This document shows, piece after piece, positions 37,454 to 48,129 of a stretch of DNA of 64,000 nt. The notes under the pieces were generated by a model. That model was given only the letters and a program-made list of their open reading frames with translations, did no database searches and had not been told where the DNA came from. Source of the DNA: Thermoplasmata archaeon (GTDB lineage Archaea > Thermoplasmatota > Thermoplasmata > Lutacidiplasmatales > UBA184). Every line of letters starts with the position of its first letter. The stretch's first letter is position 1. The position numbers were made by a program, and so were the translations under genes. The DNA lies in the NCBI GenBank assembly GCA_028864975.1, contig JAGWLG010000015.1:1-64000 (forward strand). Reading direction: 5' to 3'.

Positions 37454-38904
37454 TGGTGCCTGCCGAACGTCAACGACCCGCAAGGACCGCCACTTCGCCG
37501 GACCCCGAAGCGGCTCTTCTCAGGTTGAATGAGGGTGCGGGCCTGCCGCCGCTTCCAGGACGGGTCGTGGTCACCCCGGGCACCGCCCGCGGGACGCTGA
37601 CCGCTCCACCTTCCAAGAGCTACACCCACCGCGCGCTCGTCGTCGCCGCGCTCGCCGAGGGACCCACGAGGGTGATCGGGGGGCTCCGGAGCGAGGACAC
37701 GCTGGCCAGCCTTCGGGCGGTCATCAGGTTGGGTGGGCAGCTGCGGGCAGCCCCCCCTGAGGCGCCTCCGGGAGGGGAAAGCGTCCTTCCTCCGCTCGCG
37801 CTCGACCCTCTCCCCCTGGGCCCGAGTCATGGAGGGGTGGCGGAGATCGACACCGCCGAGTCCGGGACCACCCTGCGGCTCTTTAGCGCCGTCGCCGCGC
37901 TCCTCCCTCGTACCTCCCGCTTCTCCGGGAGTCCTTCTCTCGCCCGGCGCCCTCTGGGTGGGCTCCTCCAAGCCCTTGCTTGTCTGGGGGCCAGCTTCGA
38001 TGGCCCTCCTCCAGGTCGGTCCCTACCCTTCTCGGTCCGCGGGCCGCTCCACGGGGGGAGCGTCTCGGTCTCCGGGAGCGAAAGTAGCCAGTTCACTTCC
38101 GCGCTGCTCATCGCGCTCCCTTGCCTTGCGGAGGGCTCCGAGCTCCAGGTCGCAGGTGCGAGGGTGAGCCTTCCGTACGTGGAGGCAACGCTCGAGGTCC
38201 TGCGACAGCAAGGAGTGCACATCGAGAGCGCGCCCTCCAACCGCTACGTCATCCCGGGCGGTCAGCGCTACCGGGGAGGCCACCTCACGGTCACGGGCGA
38301 CGCCTCCTCCGCCGCGTACTTCCTCGCCTTGGGCGCCATCCAAGGTGGGCCCATCACGGTCAAAGGGGTTGACCTGCACGTCCCGCAGGCCGACCTGGCC
38401 CTGCTCCCTGTGCTCGAACGTGCAGGGGCACGCGTCCGTCGCGGCGAACGGGAGCTCACCGTGGAGCGCCGCGGGGGAAGGCTCTCGCCCTTCGAGGTCG
38501 ACCTGACGGCCTCGCCCGATCTTGCCCCCCTTCTGGCCGTCGTGGCCGCCTTCGCCCAGGGGCGATCAAAGCTGCTCGGGGCTTCCCATCTCGAGGCCAA
38601 GGAGAGCGACCGTCGACAGGGCTCCTTGAGGCTGGCCCAGGCGCTGGGCGCGAGCGCACGAGCGACCGAGGAAGGTATCGAGGTCGAGGGCCCCGTTCAG
38701 GTGTGCTCGCTGGACCTGAGGGACCTCTCGGACCACCGGATGTTCATGAGCGCCGCGGTCGCCGCTGCCGCCCTCAAGGAGCCCTCGACGCTCGAAGACC
38801 CCCGGGTGGTGCGCAAGTCCTACCCGGGTTTCCTGGAGGACCTGGGGAGCCTGGGGATACAGGTCGAAGGCGCTCGGGGGGGAGCTCCTGGGAGGTCGAC
38901 ATGA
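37450..38904 (+). CDS. aroA: EPSP synthase
   Basis: PPSKSYTHR, ESGTTLR, SSQFTSALL, GDASSAAYF, KESDR, DHRM, KSYPGF; GTG 37450 or ATG 37453. Confidence 0.95.
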   Translation: MMVPAERQRPARTATSPDPEAALLRLNEGAGLPPLPGRVVVTPGTARGTLTAPPSKSYTHRALVVAALAEGPTRVIGGLRSEDTLASLRAVIRLGGQLRAAPPEAPPGGESVLPPLALDPLPLGPSHGGVAEIDTAESGTTLRLFSAVAALLPRTSRFSGSPSLARRPLGGLLQALACLGASFDGPPPGRSLPFSVRGPLHGGSVSVSGSESSQFTSALLIALPCLAEGSELQVAGARVSLPYVEATLEVLRQQGVHIESAPSNRYVIPGGQRYRGGHLTVTGDASSAAYFLALGAIQGGPITVKGVDLHVPQADLALLPVLERAGARVRRGERELTVERRGGRLSPFEVDLTASPDLAPLLAVVAAFAQGRSKLLGASHLEAKESDRRQGSLRLAQALGASARATEEGIEVEGPVQVCSLDLRDLSDHRMFMSAAVAAAALKEPSTLEDPRVVRKSYPGFLEDLGSLGIQVEGARGGAPGRST

Positions 38905-39989
38905 GGATGGCGATCGGGGAAGCGCTCCGTCTCACCCTCTTTGGCTCAAGCCACGGTCCCGTCGTGGGTGCCGTGCTCGAGGGTCTCCCCGCGGGGACCC
39001 CTGTCGACCTTGAGGCGGTCCAGCGCGAGCTGGACCGTAGGCGCCCCATCGGTCGCGCGCTCGCGACCAAGCGGCGGGAAGAGGACCAGCTCCGAGTGGA
39101 ATCCGGGCTCGTCAACGGACGCACCACGGGAGACCCGCTCGTCGGGGTGGTCGAGAACCGGGACGTCCGGCGAGGGCCATACCGAGAGCTCGAGGACGTC
39201 CCTCGACCCGGGCATGCGGACTTCCCCGCGAGGATGCGATACGGCGAGGCCTTCGACCTTTCCGGAGGGGGGATCTTCTCCGGCCGGATGACCGTGGGGC
39301 TGGTCTTTGGAGGGGCGGTCGCCCGAGGCCTCCTCTCCCCTCAGGGGATCGATGTGCTCGCCTTCACCCGCTCCTTGGGAGGGGTCGACGCCTCGGCGGC
39401 CTCGCTCGAGCGACGGCTCCCTGAGCTTCGTGCCGACGTGCTGTCGCACGAGGTGGGGTGCCCGGACCTGTCCGCGTCCAAGCGGATGTCGGAGGCGATC
39501 GAGCGCGCACGGAAGGACGGCGACAGCGTCGGGGGTGTCATCGAGGTGCGGGCTGAGGGGCTGCCCGTCGGGGTGGGCGAGCCGTTCTTCGACTCGGTCG
39601 AGAGCACCCTCGCCCATGCGCTCTTCTCGGTCCCGGCGGTCAAGGGGGTCGAGTTCGGCGCGGGATTCACGGCCGCAAGGATGCGCGGGAGCGAGCACAA
39701 CGACCCGTTCTTCGTGGAGGACGGACGGGTCCGTAGCCGCACCAACCACGCCGGAGGCATCCTGGGGGGGCTCACCACGGGAATGCCCCTGGTGGCGCGG
39801 GTCGTGGTCAAGCCCACCTCCTCGATCGCCAAGGAGCAGGAGTCCGTCTCGCTGAGCACGAAGTCCTCACGTAGGCTTGTGGTCAAGGGGCGGCACGACC
39901 CATGTATCGTCCCGCGTGCGGTCCCCGTGGTGGAGAACCTCACCGCGTTCGTGCTGGCGGACCTGATGGCCCGCGGGGGGTTCCTGTGA
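38901..39989 (+). CDS. aroC: Chorismate synthase
   Basis: FGSSHG, PRPGHAD, GGGIFSGR, KDGDSVGG, VPAVKGVEFG, NHAGGILGG, KPTSSI, GRHDPC. Confidence 0.96.
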   Translation: MRMAIGEALRLTLFGSSHGPVVGAVLEGLPAGTPVDLEAVQRELDRRRPIGRALATKRREEDQLRVESGLVNGRTTGDPLVGVVENRDVRRGPYRELEDVPRPGHADFPARMRYGEAFDLSGGGIFSGRMTVGLVFGGAVARGLLSPQGIDVLAFTRSLGGVDASAASLERRLPELRADVLSHEVGCPDLSASKRMSEAIERARKDGDSVGGVIEVRAEGLPVGVGEPFFDSVESTLAHALFSVPAVKGVEFGAGFTAARMRGSEHNDPFFVEDGRVRSRTNHAGGILGGLTTGMPLVARVVVKPTSSIAKEQESVSLSTKSSRRLVVKGRHDPCIVPRAVPVVENLTAFVLADLMARGGFL

Positions 39990-41074
39990 GCGAAGCGCGC
40001 CGGAGGACGGTGCTCCTGGGCGCGAGCGGCTGGATCGGGCAGCACTTCGCGCGGTTGTTGGACGACCATCCGTACTTCGACTCCCCGATCCTGACCGGGG
40101 CGACGAGCGCGGGGAAGAGCCTGGGCGAGCTCTGGCAGCTGGCGGACCAGCCCGTGCCCCAGGGGCTCGCAGAATCGAAGATCGAGAGGTTGACCCCTGC
40201 GGAGATCGCGCGGAGGGGGGTCGAGGTCGCCTTCAGCGCCCTTCCTTCGGGGGAGGCCGGAGCCTTCGAGGCCGAGCTCGCCCGCCGGGGGGTCGCCGTC
40301 TTCTCCAACGCTTCCGCGCATCGGATGGACCCCCAGGTCCCCTTGGTCATCCCCGAGATCAACGGGGACCATCTCGACGCCATCGAACGGCAGCCGTGGG
40401 AAGGCAGCATCGTCACGAACTCGAACTGTTCTACGGCAGGCCTCGTGCTGGCCCTCGCTCCCCTGGTGCCCTTGCTCCGGCCCAAGGAGGTCTTCGTGGC
40501 GACCTACCAGGCCCTCTCCGGGGCAGGCTACCCTGGGGTCCCCTCCCTGTCGATCGAGGACAACGTCCTTCCGTTCATCGCGGAGGAGGAGGAGAAGATG
40601 GAGCGTGAGACCGCGAAGATCCTGGGGGGCTTTCGGGGCGGACGTTTCCGTCCCCTCTCGCTTCCCGTGAGCGCGCACTGCGCTCGCGTAGGCTCCCGGG
40701 AGGGCCACCTCGAGGCCGTGACCCTCAAGGCCGGGACCCCTGCCAAGGCCTCGGAGATCGTTCGGGCTTGGGAGGACTTCCAACCCCTCTCCCCTCGAGC
40801 GCGTGGCGACCGTGAAACGCTCCCGACCGCCCCTGATCACCCCGTGGTCTACCGGCGGGAGGTGGACCGTCCTCAGCCCATCCGCGACCGTTGGGCCGGG
40901 ACCCCCGCGCGCGCACGGGGCATGGCCGTGAGCGTCGGCCGCCTCCGGGTCGACCGTGAGCATGTCCGGTTCTTCACGCTCTCGCACAACGCGGTCCGAG
41001 GGGGAGCTGGTGGGAGCGTGCTCAATGCCGAGCTCGCCCTTCGGAAGGGGCTTCTCGGAGGGCGACGGAGATGA
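39986..41074 (+). CDS. asd: Aspartate-semialdehyde dehydrogenase (archaeal type)
   Basis: GASGWIGQ, FSALPS, SNASAHRM, VTNSNCST (catalytic Cys), YQALSGAGY, HNAVRGGAGG; GTGA overlap. Confidence 0.95.
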   Translation: MSEARRRTVLLGASGWIGQHFARLLDDHPYFDSPILTGATSAGKSLGELWQLADQPVPQGLAESKIERLTPAEIARRGVEVAFSALPSGEAGAFEAELARRGVAVFSNASAHRMDPQVPLVIPEINGDHLDAIERQPWEGSIVTNSNCSTAGLVLALAPLVPLLRPKEVFVATYQALSGAGYPGVPSLSIEDNVLPFIAEEEEKMERETAKILGGFRGGRFRPLSLPVSAHCARVGSREGHLEAVTLKAGTPAKASEIVRAWEDFQPLSPRARGDRETLPTAPDHPVVYRREVDRPQPIRDRWAGTPARARGMAVSVGRLRVDREHVRFFTLSHNAVRGGAGGSVLNAELALRKGLLGGRRR

Positions 41075-42456
41075 CCACGGAAGCGCTTTGCGTCGTCAAG
41101 TACGGAGGGGCCGCCCTCGGTTCGGAGGAGAGCCTCCGGGACGTGATCCGTGAACTGCGAGCTCGCAAAGGCCCCATCGTAACGGTCGTTTCCGCACGGG
41201 AAGGGGTCACGGACCTGCTCAAGGCGGCGACCGCCGACCCCGCGAGCCGCGCTCGGCACGAAGAGGTCCTTCGCAAGCTCACCGCGCTCCATGCGGGGGG
41301 ACCCCGAGAGGTTACGCTCGCGCTGCGCGCGCTCGAACGGCAGCTCACCCGTCTGCGGAGCGCGATGCGTCAGCTGCCTCCCAGGGCCCGCCGCTACCCC
41401 TCCACCCGCGCGCCGGTCGTCCTTTCGGACGCTATCCTCGCGCAGGGAGAGCGCCTGGCGGCGCATTGGTTCGCCGACCGTCTCCGACATGGGCGGGTAG
41501 CGGCACGGGCCTTGGAAGCGGACCTGATCGGGCTCTCGACGGACGACCACCACGGCGAGGCGATCGTCCTGCTCGACCGGTCGGAGCTCCCGGTCCGCCG
41601 CGCCGTGACGCCCCTGCTGAGGCGGGGCCAGGTGCCGGTGGTCACCGGGTTCCTGGGCCGATCTCCCTCCGGGAAGGTCGCGACGCTCGGCCGAGGAGGG
41701 TCGGACTACTCGGCGACGTGCCTCGGGTACCTTCTCGGGGCCTCCCGCGTGGAGCTGGTCAAGAAGGACGTCTCGATCCTTACAGCGGACCCCCGCATCG
41801 TCCCGGCCGCCCGGCCTCTCTCGCGCCTCTCCTACGAGGAGGCGGAGGAGCTGGCGCAGTTTGGCGCCAAGGTCCTCCACCCGCTCACCGTCGAGCCCGC
41901 CCGCGCGCGTGGCGTCGAGGTCGTGATCCGCTCCCTCGAGGACCCGACCAGGACCACGACCATCGGACCCGCCCTTCCGGGGGAAGGCATCCGGGCCTTG
42001 ACGCTCCTTTCGCCCACGGCGATGCTCCTGCTCCGCGTTCCGGGGGGGCGCCAGCGGAGGGGGGTGATCGCCGAGGTGAGCCGCACGCTCGCCGCGGCGG
42101 AGGTGAACGTCATCACGATGTTCACCTCCTCGGCCCTCCTGATCGTGCTCGTTGAGATGGCCTCGGGCCGCAAGGCCCGCAGGGCCTTGGACCCGTTCGC
42201 TCGGGGGGACGGGGCCTCGCTGGAAGGGCCGCTGGAGGCCGCCCTGGTGACCGCGATCGGGGAGGGGGTGCTCGCGGACCTCGGAGGGCTTCCGGGGGAC
42301 GTGGCCTCCCGGGCGCTCGGGGTCTCGGCGACCTCCCGGACCCTCTCCTTCGCCGTGCCCATGGCCTCGGGTCGCGAATCGCTCGTGAGCCTCCACCGTG
42401 CCCTGGTCGAGCTTCCCCGAGCGGTCACGCTCGAGGGCACCGTCCGGGGCACCTGA
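41071..42456 (+). CDS. lysC: Aspartate kinase with ACT domains
   Basis: VKYGG, VVSA..GVTD, GER, TLGRGGSDYSA, TADPRIV, LSYEEA.ELA.FGAKVLHP. Confidence 0.92.
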   Translation: MTTEALCVVKYGGAALGSEESLRDVIRELRARKGPIVTVVSAREGVTDLLKAATADPASRARHEEVLRKLTALHAGGPREVTLALRALERQLTRLRSAMRQLPPRARRYPSTRAPVVLSDAILAQGERLAAHWFADRLRHGRVAARALEADLIGLSTDDHHGEAIVLLDRSELPVRRAVTPLLRRGQVPVVTGFLGRSPSGKVATLGRGGSDYSATCLGYLLGASRVELVKKDVSILTADPRIVPAARPLSRLSYEEAEELAQFGAKVLHPLTVEPARARGVEVVIRSLEDPTRTTTIGPALPGEGIRALTLLSPTAMLLLRVPGGRQRRGVIAEVSRTLAAAEVNVITMFTSSALLIVLVEMASGRKARRALDPFARGDGASLEGPLEAALVTAIGEGVLADLGGLPGDVASRALGVSATSRTLSFAVPMASGRESLVSLHRALVELPRAVTLEGTVRGT

Positions 42457-42471
42457 AAGGGGGAGCATGCG

Positions 42472-43758
42472 ATGCCGGCACCCACCCCCCGAGCCGGCCC
42501 CCACCGCGACCCGTGGTGGAACTTCGTTCGTCGGAGCGCGGAGGACCCCGCGAGCGCCTTCTACTTCGAGCGGGGGGCCTCCCCCGGTCGGAGCGGACGC
42601 TACTCGTTCTTCGGGTTCGGCCCGTCCGAGCGAGAGGAATGGTCCGAACCTCGGGACGTGTCGGCCTCGCGCCTCCGCGTCCGGGGGAACGACCCACATC
42701 GCGCGGACGGAAGCTGGGTCGGGTTCGTCGGGTTCGACGCCGTAGGGCTTTTCGAACCTCTGCTCGGGCCCTCGACCCCCCGAGGCTCACCCTTCCCGGT
42801 CGCCCTGTTCGACCGGTACCCGCATGTCGAGCACGCCCACCATCTTGGGGCCCCCGAAAGGGGGGCCGCGCCCGGTCTTCCCCCGAGCCCCGAAGTTGGT
42901 GAGGTCGAGGACTCCACAACGCGCGACCGCTTCGAGCGCTCGGTGGAGCATCTCCGCGAGGCGATCTACGACGGCGAGGCCTTCCAGGTCGTCCTCGCGC
43001 ACCGGCGGTCCCGGCGCTTCAGGGGGAGCCTGCTCCCGGTGGTCGACCGCCTGCGTCGCGAGGAGCACTTCGCCTTCCTGTACTATCTCCGCATCGTGGA
43101 CGGGACCTCGGCAGGAGGAACGCCCATCGAGATCGCGGGGGCGTCGCCCGAGTCCGTAGTCGAGATCCGGGACGGGACGGTCGCGGTCAACCCGATCGCC
43201 GGGACCCGCCCCCTCCCCGCCCCCACGCGGGGACCCGCGGCCCGCCTTCCGTTGGACAAGGACCCCAAGGAGCTCGCGGAGCACCGGATGCTCGTCGATC
43301 TCGCCCGCAACGATATCGGACGGGTCTCCCAGGTGGGGAGCGTCCACCTCTCTCGACGTGAGACCCGCGTGCCTTACGCACGTCTGGAGCACCTCGTCAG
43401 CCGGGTCGTCGGCCGTCTGAGCAACGGCGCGAGCGCGATCGACGCGCTGGTCGCGACCTTCCCGGCGGGGACGGTGAGCGGGGCGCCCAAGATCCGTGCC
43501 ACCGAGCTTTTGCGCAGGGAGGAGCGGTCCTGGCGCGGGACGTACGGGGGGACGGTCGGGATCGTGACCCCCGGCGGGGAGGCCGATTTCGCGCTCGCGA
43601 TCCGCTCGGCCGCCGCGGCCCGGGGCCGGGTCTACACGCAGGCCGGAGCGGGGATCGTCCACCTCTCGAAACCCGCCCAGGAATGGGAGGAGACCCTCGC
43701 CAAGCTGGCGACCGTCGAGCGGGCCCTCGAGGGAAAGATACGGAGGGTCCGGCGTTGA
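42472..43758 (+). CDS. trpE: Anthranilate synthase component I
   Basis: GEAFQVVL, GASPE, PIAGTR, DPKELAEHRMLVDLARND, FPAGTVSGAPKIRA, AIR, QAGAGIV. Confidence 0.93.
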   Translation: MPAPTPRAGPHRDPWWNFVRRSAEDPASAFYFERGASPGRSGRYSFFGFGPSEREEWSEPRDVSASRLRVRGNDPHRADGSWVGFVGFDAVGLFEPLLGPSTPRGSPFPVALFDRYPHVEHAHHLGAPERGAAPGLPPSPEVGEVEDSTTRDRFERSVEHLREAIYDGEAFQVVLAHRRSRRFRGSLLPVVDRLRREEHFAFLYYLRIVDGTSAGGTPIEIAGASPESVVEIRDGTVAVNPIAGTRPLPAPTRGPAARLPLDKDPKELAEHRMLVDLARNDIGRVSQVGSVHLSRRETRVPYARLEHLVSRVVGRLSNGASAIDALVATFPAGTVSGAPKIRATELLRREERSWRGTYGGTVGIVTPGGEADFALAIRSAAAARGRVYTQAGAGIVHLSKPAQEWEETLAKLATVERALEGKIRRVRR

Positions 43759-44342
43759 AGCTCGTGCTCATCGACCATCAGGATTCCTTCGTCTACAACC
43801 TCGCCCAGGCCCTCGGTCGGCTTGGGGCCGAGGTCGTCACGCTGCGCTCGAGCCTTCCGCTGCGAGCGGTCCTGCGCGAGGACCCGGACCTCCTCGTCCT
43901 CTCCCCGGGGCCGGGCCATCCTTCGGACCCCCGAACGATGGGAGTGACCCCTCGACTGCTTTCCCGGGGAGGGCTGGCGCGCGAGCTCCCCACGCTGGGG
44001 GTCTGTCTGGGACACCAGGCGATCGGTGCGGCGTTCGGAGGGACGGTGCACCGAGGCCCCTACCCCTGCCACGGAGAGACCTCGCGGGTCCTGCATCACC
44101 GAGAAGGGCTCTACGAAGGGGTCCCCAGCCCCTTCTCGGCGGCCCGGTACCACTCTCTGGTCGTGGACCGCCACGACCTCCCCGCCGAGCTCGAGGAAAC
44201 GAGCTGGGAGGCGGGTGGAGTACTGATGGGCCTGCGCCACCGGACGCTTCCCATCGAGGGCGTTCAGTTCCACCCCGAGTCCTATCTTACGCGGTACGGC
44301 GATAGGCTCCTCGGGAACTTCCTGAAGAGGGCCCGCCGATGA
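43755..44342 (+). CDS. trpG: Anthranilate synthase component II (glutamine amidotransferase)
   Basis: IDHQDSF, SPGPG, GVCLGHQ, RYHSL, QFHPES; TTG 43755 (TTGA overlap). Confidence 0.95.
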   Translation: MKLVLIDHQDSFVYNLAQALGRLGAEVVTLRSSLPLRAVLREDPDLLVLSPGPGHPSDPRTMGVTPRLLSRGGLARELPTLGVCLGHQAIGAAFGGTVHRGPYPCHGETSRVLHHREGLYEGVPSPFSAARYHSLVVDRHDLPAELEETSWEAGGVLMGLRHRTLPIEGVQFHPESYLTRYGDRLLGNFLKRARR

Positions 44343-45412
44343 ACGTGGATCCCTCGACAGGACCCGCGGCCTTGCAGCACCTGGTCCAGGGGGAGGACCT
44401 CGGACCTGAGGAGGCCCGAGAGGTCGCCGAGGGTCTGTTGACGGGGGCCTTCCCCCCGGAGGTCGTGGCGTCCCTCCTCACGGCCCTGGCTGCGAAAGGA
44501 GAGAGCCCGGAGGAGCTCTACGCCTTCTCCTCGACCCTGCGGGCGCGAGCTCGACCCTTCCCGGGACCCGCGGAGGCCGGGGCCGTGGACCTGTGCGGGA
44601 CGGGGGGGGCGAAGACGCCGACGTTCAACATCTCGACGGTCAGCGCCTTCGTCCTCGCGGGGGCGGGCGTCCCGGTCGCCAAACATGGGAACGTCTCCGC
44701 CCGAAGGCCGTGCGGGTCCTCGGACGTACTGAGCGCCCTAGGGCTTCCGGTCCTTCGCTCCGTGGCCTTCGCCGAGGCCTCCTGGAGGAAGGAACGGCTC
44801 TGCTTCCTCCATGCTCCGCTCTTCCATGCCGCGACCCGGAGCGTGGCGCCGGTCCGCAAGGCGCTTGGGCTCCGGACCATCTTCAATCAGCTGGGGCCTC
44901 TCACGAACCCTGCAGGGGTCTCGACGCAGCTCGTAGGGTGTTTCTCGAGGGAGTATGCCCGGCGGGTCACCCCCGTGCTCCACCGGTTGGGCGTGCACCG
45001 GTCCCTCGCGGTCCACGGGAAGGGAGGGATGGACGAGCTCAGCTCCAAGGGGACGGACTGGCTCCTCCGATCGGTCGAAGCGAGCGGTGAGGGCGGGGGC
45101 GCGACCGAGGTCTCGATCGACCCTTCCACGCTCCTGTCGCCCGAGGAGCGCCGTGGCGACCTTCGTCCCCGGTCGCCTGGGGAGGCGGCCGAGCTCACGC
45201 GGGCGGTCCTCTCGGGAGAAGGGGACGGAGCGGTCCGCGGGGCCGTCCTGCTGACCGCAGGGGCCGCGATATGGCTTCACGGCTCCGCCCCCGAGCTGCC
45301 GAGTGGCGTGGCGTTGGCGAGGTCGGCCCTTCAGGACGGCCGGGCGCTCGACAAGCTCCAGAAGCTCCAAGCGCTCGCCCGCTCCCAGGACTGGCCGGAG
45401 GGGTCCCCTTGA
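44339..45412 (+). CDS. trpD: Anthranilate phosphoribosyltransferase
   Basis: DLCGTGG, FNIST, KHGN, GSSD, RTIFNQLGPL.NP, GMDE. Confidence 0.96.
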   Translation: MNVDPSTGPAALQHLVQGEDLGPEEAREVAEGLLTGAFPPEVVASLLTALAAKGESPEELYAFSSTLRARARPFPGPAEAGAVDLCGTGGAKTPTFNISTVSAFVLAGAGVPVAKHGNVSARRPCGSSDVLSALGLPVLRSVAFAEASWRKERLCFLHAPLFHAATRSVAPVRKALGLRTIFNQLGPLTNPAGVSTQLVGCFSREYARRVTPVLHRLGVHRSLAVHGKGGMDELSSKGTDWLLRSVEASGEGGGATEVSIDPSTLLSPEERRGDLRPRSPGEAAELTRAVLSGEGDGAVRGAVLLTAGAAIWLHGSAPELPSGVALARSALQDGRALDKLQKLQALARSQDWPEGSP

Positions 45413-46287
45413 GCCCACGGTCTCCCACGAACCCGGCACGGGCCGACGCGAAGTCCGCTCCAGGGAACTTCCTGGACACCATGGTGAAGACGGTGGAGGA
45501 GGAACTGCGCGCGGGGCTCTACGCACGGCGCCCACCCCGAGGGGACGAGCCCCCGCCGGGACGTCCCCGGTTCGCGGAGGCCCTTCATCGGGTCTCGGAG
45601 GGGCCGGCCTTGATGGTGGAGCTCAAGCATGCCTCCCCCGGGCGCTCGCAGCCGCGGCTTCCTGCGCTCTCTCCGGAGCGTTTCGTTCGGGTGTGCGAGG
45701 ACGCGGGGATCAGCGCGCTCTCGGTGATCCCTCAGCCCTACGAGTTCGGAGGCAACCTGGAGGAGTTCGGGAAGGTCGCCCACCTATCCCGTCTGCCGCT
45801 CCTTTTCAAGGACTTCATCATCGATGAGGCCCAGATCCAGGCCGCGAAAGTGCACGGAGCTTCGGCGGTCCTGCTCCTCGCCCGGCTCGCGCGCGCCCAG
45901 TCCCTGCACGGCAACCTGGAAGGGCTGGTGAAGGCGGCCCATGCTCGAGGGCTGGAGACCCTGGTGGAAGTGCATGCGAAGGCCGAGGTACCCCTAGCGC
46001 TCAGCTCCGGGACGGACGCCCTTGGGGTCAACGCCCGAGACCTCGGAACGCTCCACCTGGACCCTCGCTCCGCGCTGCCGGTGCTGCGCGAGCTGCGCAA
46101 GGACCCCCGGCCGCTCGTGGCCATGAGCGGCGTGGAAGGACCGCGCGAGGTGGCCCTCTACGGCGCCTCGGGGGCCGACGCGATCCTCATCGGGACGGCC
46201 TTCGCGCGTTCCCACGACCCGCTCGCGTTCCTGCGGGGCCTGCGTGCGGAGCCCCCCCGCAACGAGGCCGCGGTGGGGGACCGTTGA
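45409..46287 (+). CDS. trpC: Indole-3-glycerol-phosphate synthase
   Basis: ELKHASP, FGG..E, LFKDFIID..QI, LVEVH, GVNARDL, MSG, LIG; TTG 45409 (alternative ATG 45481). Confidence 0.93.
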   Translation: MSPRSPTNPARADAKSAPGNFLDTMVKTVEEELRAGLYARRPPRGDEPPPGRPRFAEALHRVSEGPALMVELKHASPGRSQPRLPALSPERFVRVCEDAGISALSVIPQPYEFGGNLEEFGKVAHLSRLPLLFKDFIIDEAQIQAAKVHGASAVLLLARLARAQSLHGNLEGLVKAAHARGLETLVEVHAKAEVPLALSSGTDALGVNARDLGTLHLDPRSALPVLRELRKDPRPLVAMSGVEGPREVALYGASGADAILIGTAFARSHDPLAFLRGLRAEPPRNEAAVGDR

Positions 46288-46967
46288 CCCGATCGCAGGA
46301 CCGACCGCTGGTGAAGGTCTGTGGTCTCCGGACCTCACGAGACCTCGAGGCCGCGGAAGGAGCGGACCTCATTGGGGTCGTGGTGGAGGTGCCGGGGTCT
46401 CCCCGATCGGTATCGCTCAGAGAAGCGGAGGCCCTCTTCGAGCTCGCCCGAGGACGCTTCGATCGCGTGGCCGTCATGTGGGGCCCAGATGCAACTCGGA
46501 TCCGGGAGGTCCTTCGTGTAGCGGCCCCCGACCTCGTACAGGTGCACGGACCAGTCCCGACGGGGTTGAAGGAGGAAGAAGTGGGCAAGGTGGTCCCCTC
46601 CCTAGCGGTCCCGCAGGCCACCCCTCGGGACGCCCCTGCACCGGTGAAGGTGCCCGATGAGGGGGGGTACCCCTTCCTCCATCTGGACACCGCGGGAGGA
46701 CCGCTACCTGGGGGGACGGGACAGCGTTCCGATTGGTCCCTTTGCAGAGATCTCGTGGTCTCGCACCCTACGCAACGGTTTCTTCTGGGCGGTGGTCTCA
46801 CACCTGAGAACGTGGCGGAAGCGATCGAGCGGGTCCAGCCGCATGGCGTCGACGTCTCGAGCGGGGTCGAGGAGCGACCCGGGGTGAAGTCCCGCGAGAA
46901 GGTCGAGCGATTCCTTCGGGCCTCCCTTTCGGCCACGAAGCGTGGTAGGAGCGCGCGCGATGCCTGA
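46284..46967 (+). CDS. trpF: Phosphoribosylanthranilate isomerase
   Basis: [37 protein letters not shown]. Confidence 0.94.
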   Translation: MTRSQDRPLVKVCGLRTSRDLEAAEGADLIGVVVEVPGSPRSVSLREAEALFELARGRFDRVAVMWGPDATRIREVLRVAAPDLVQVHGPVPTGLKEEEVGKVVPSLAVPQATPRDAPAPVKVPDEGGYPFLHLDTAGGPLPGGTGQRSDWSLCRDLVVSHPTQRFLLGGGLTPENVAEAIERVQPHGVDVSSGVEERPGVKSREKVERFLRASLSATKRGRSARDA

Positions 46968-48129
46968 GTGGTACGGCCCCTTCGGAGGTACGTTCGTTCC
47001 GGAGACCCTCGTCCCCGCGCTGCAGGAGCTTGAGTCCGCCTGGCGCTCGGCGAGGAAGGACCCGGCCTTCAAGAGGGAGTTCCAGCGCCTGGCACGGGAG
47101 TGGGGAGGACGGCCGACCCCCCTCTACTTTGCCGAGAACCTGACCCGGGAGGTCGGTGGCGCGCAGATCTACCTCAAACGAGAGGACCTCGTCCACGGTG
47201 GAGCGCACAAGTTCAACAACGCCTTGGGGCAGGGGCTGCTGGCGAAGCGCCTCGGGAAGACCCGACTGATCGCCGAAACGGGCGCGGGACAGCACGGCGT
47301 CGCCACGGCCATGGTCGGAGCCAAGCTCGCGCTCCGGACCGAGGTGTACATGGGGGCCGTCGACATGGAACGCCAGAAGCCCAACGTCCAGCGCATGCGG
47401 CTCCTGGGCGCCACGGTTCGGCCCGTCGACCACGGGGGGAAGACGCTCAAGGAAGCGATCAACGAGGCGTTCCGGGATTGGATCACGAACGTCCAGTCCA
47501 CCTACTACCTGCTCGGGAGCGCGGTGGGTCCTCATCCGTTCCCTTCGATCGTGTGCGAGTTCCAGTCCGTGATCGGACGGGAGATCTTGCAGCAGGCGCG
47601 AAGCGCGTGGAAGGCGCTACCGGACCTGGTCGTCGCCTGCGTGGGCGGAGGCTCCAACGCCATCGGGACCTTCCACCCGCTGCTCAAGACCCCGGCGAAG
47701 CTTCTCGGGGTGGAGGCGGCGGGTTCGGGAGCCCCCCAAGCGGTCGGGTCCGCCTCCCTCACCAAGGGGCGGCCGGGGGTCCTGCAAGGGATGCGGACCT
47801 ACCTGCTCCAGGACGCGGAAGGCCAGATCCTGGAGACCGATTCCATCGCCGCGGGTCTCGACTACGCCGGCGTGGGGCCGGAGCACGCGTACCTGAAAGA
47901 GACGGGCCGGGTGGAGTACACGTCGGCGACCGACACGCAGGCGCTCGAGGCGTTCCATCGCCTGGCGAGGACGGAGGGCATCCTTCCGGCCCTCGAGCCT
48001 TCTCATGCCCTTGCCGAAGCGATCCGACGCGCCGCGACCATGCCGAAAGAGGCACGTATCGTGGTGACCCTCTCGGGGAGGGGCGACAAGGATCTGGAGG
48101 TGGTCGGCCAGCATGCCTCACCTGGGTGA
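46960..48129 (+). CDS. trpB: Tryptophan synthase beta chain (TrpB1 type)
   Basis: YG.FGG.FVPE, LKREDL.H.GAHKFNN (PLP Lys), [35 protein letters not shown]. Confidence 0.97.
   Translation: MPEWYGPFGGTFVPETLVPALQELESAWRSARKDPAFKREFQRLAREWGGRPTPLYFAENLTREVGGAQIYLKREDLVHGGAHKFNNALGQGLLAKRLGKTRLIAETGAGQHGVATAMVGAKLALRTEVYMGAVDMERQKPNVQRMRLLGATVRPVDHGGKTLKEAINEAFRDWITNVQSTYYLLGSAVGPHPFPSIVCEFQSVIGREILQQARSAWKALPDLVVACVGGGSNAIGTFHPLLKTPAKLLGVEAAGSGAPQAVGSASLTKGRPGVLQGMRTYLLQDAEGQILETDSIAAGLDYAGVGPEHAYLKETGRVEYTSATDTQALEAFHRLARTEGILPALEPSHALAEAIRRAATMPKEARIVVTLSGRGDKDLEVVGQHASPG

Noticed and set aside
42514-42519. Tandem Trp codons (PWW) near the TrpE N-terminus as a second sensor
   Set aside because: They lie within the structural gene, with no separate uORF or supporting structure; may be chance.
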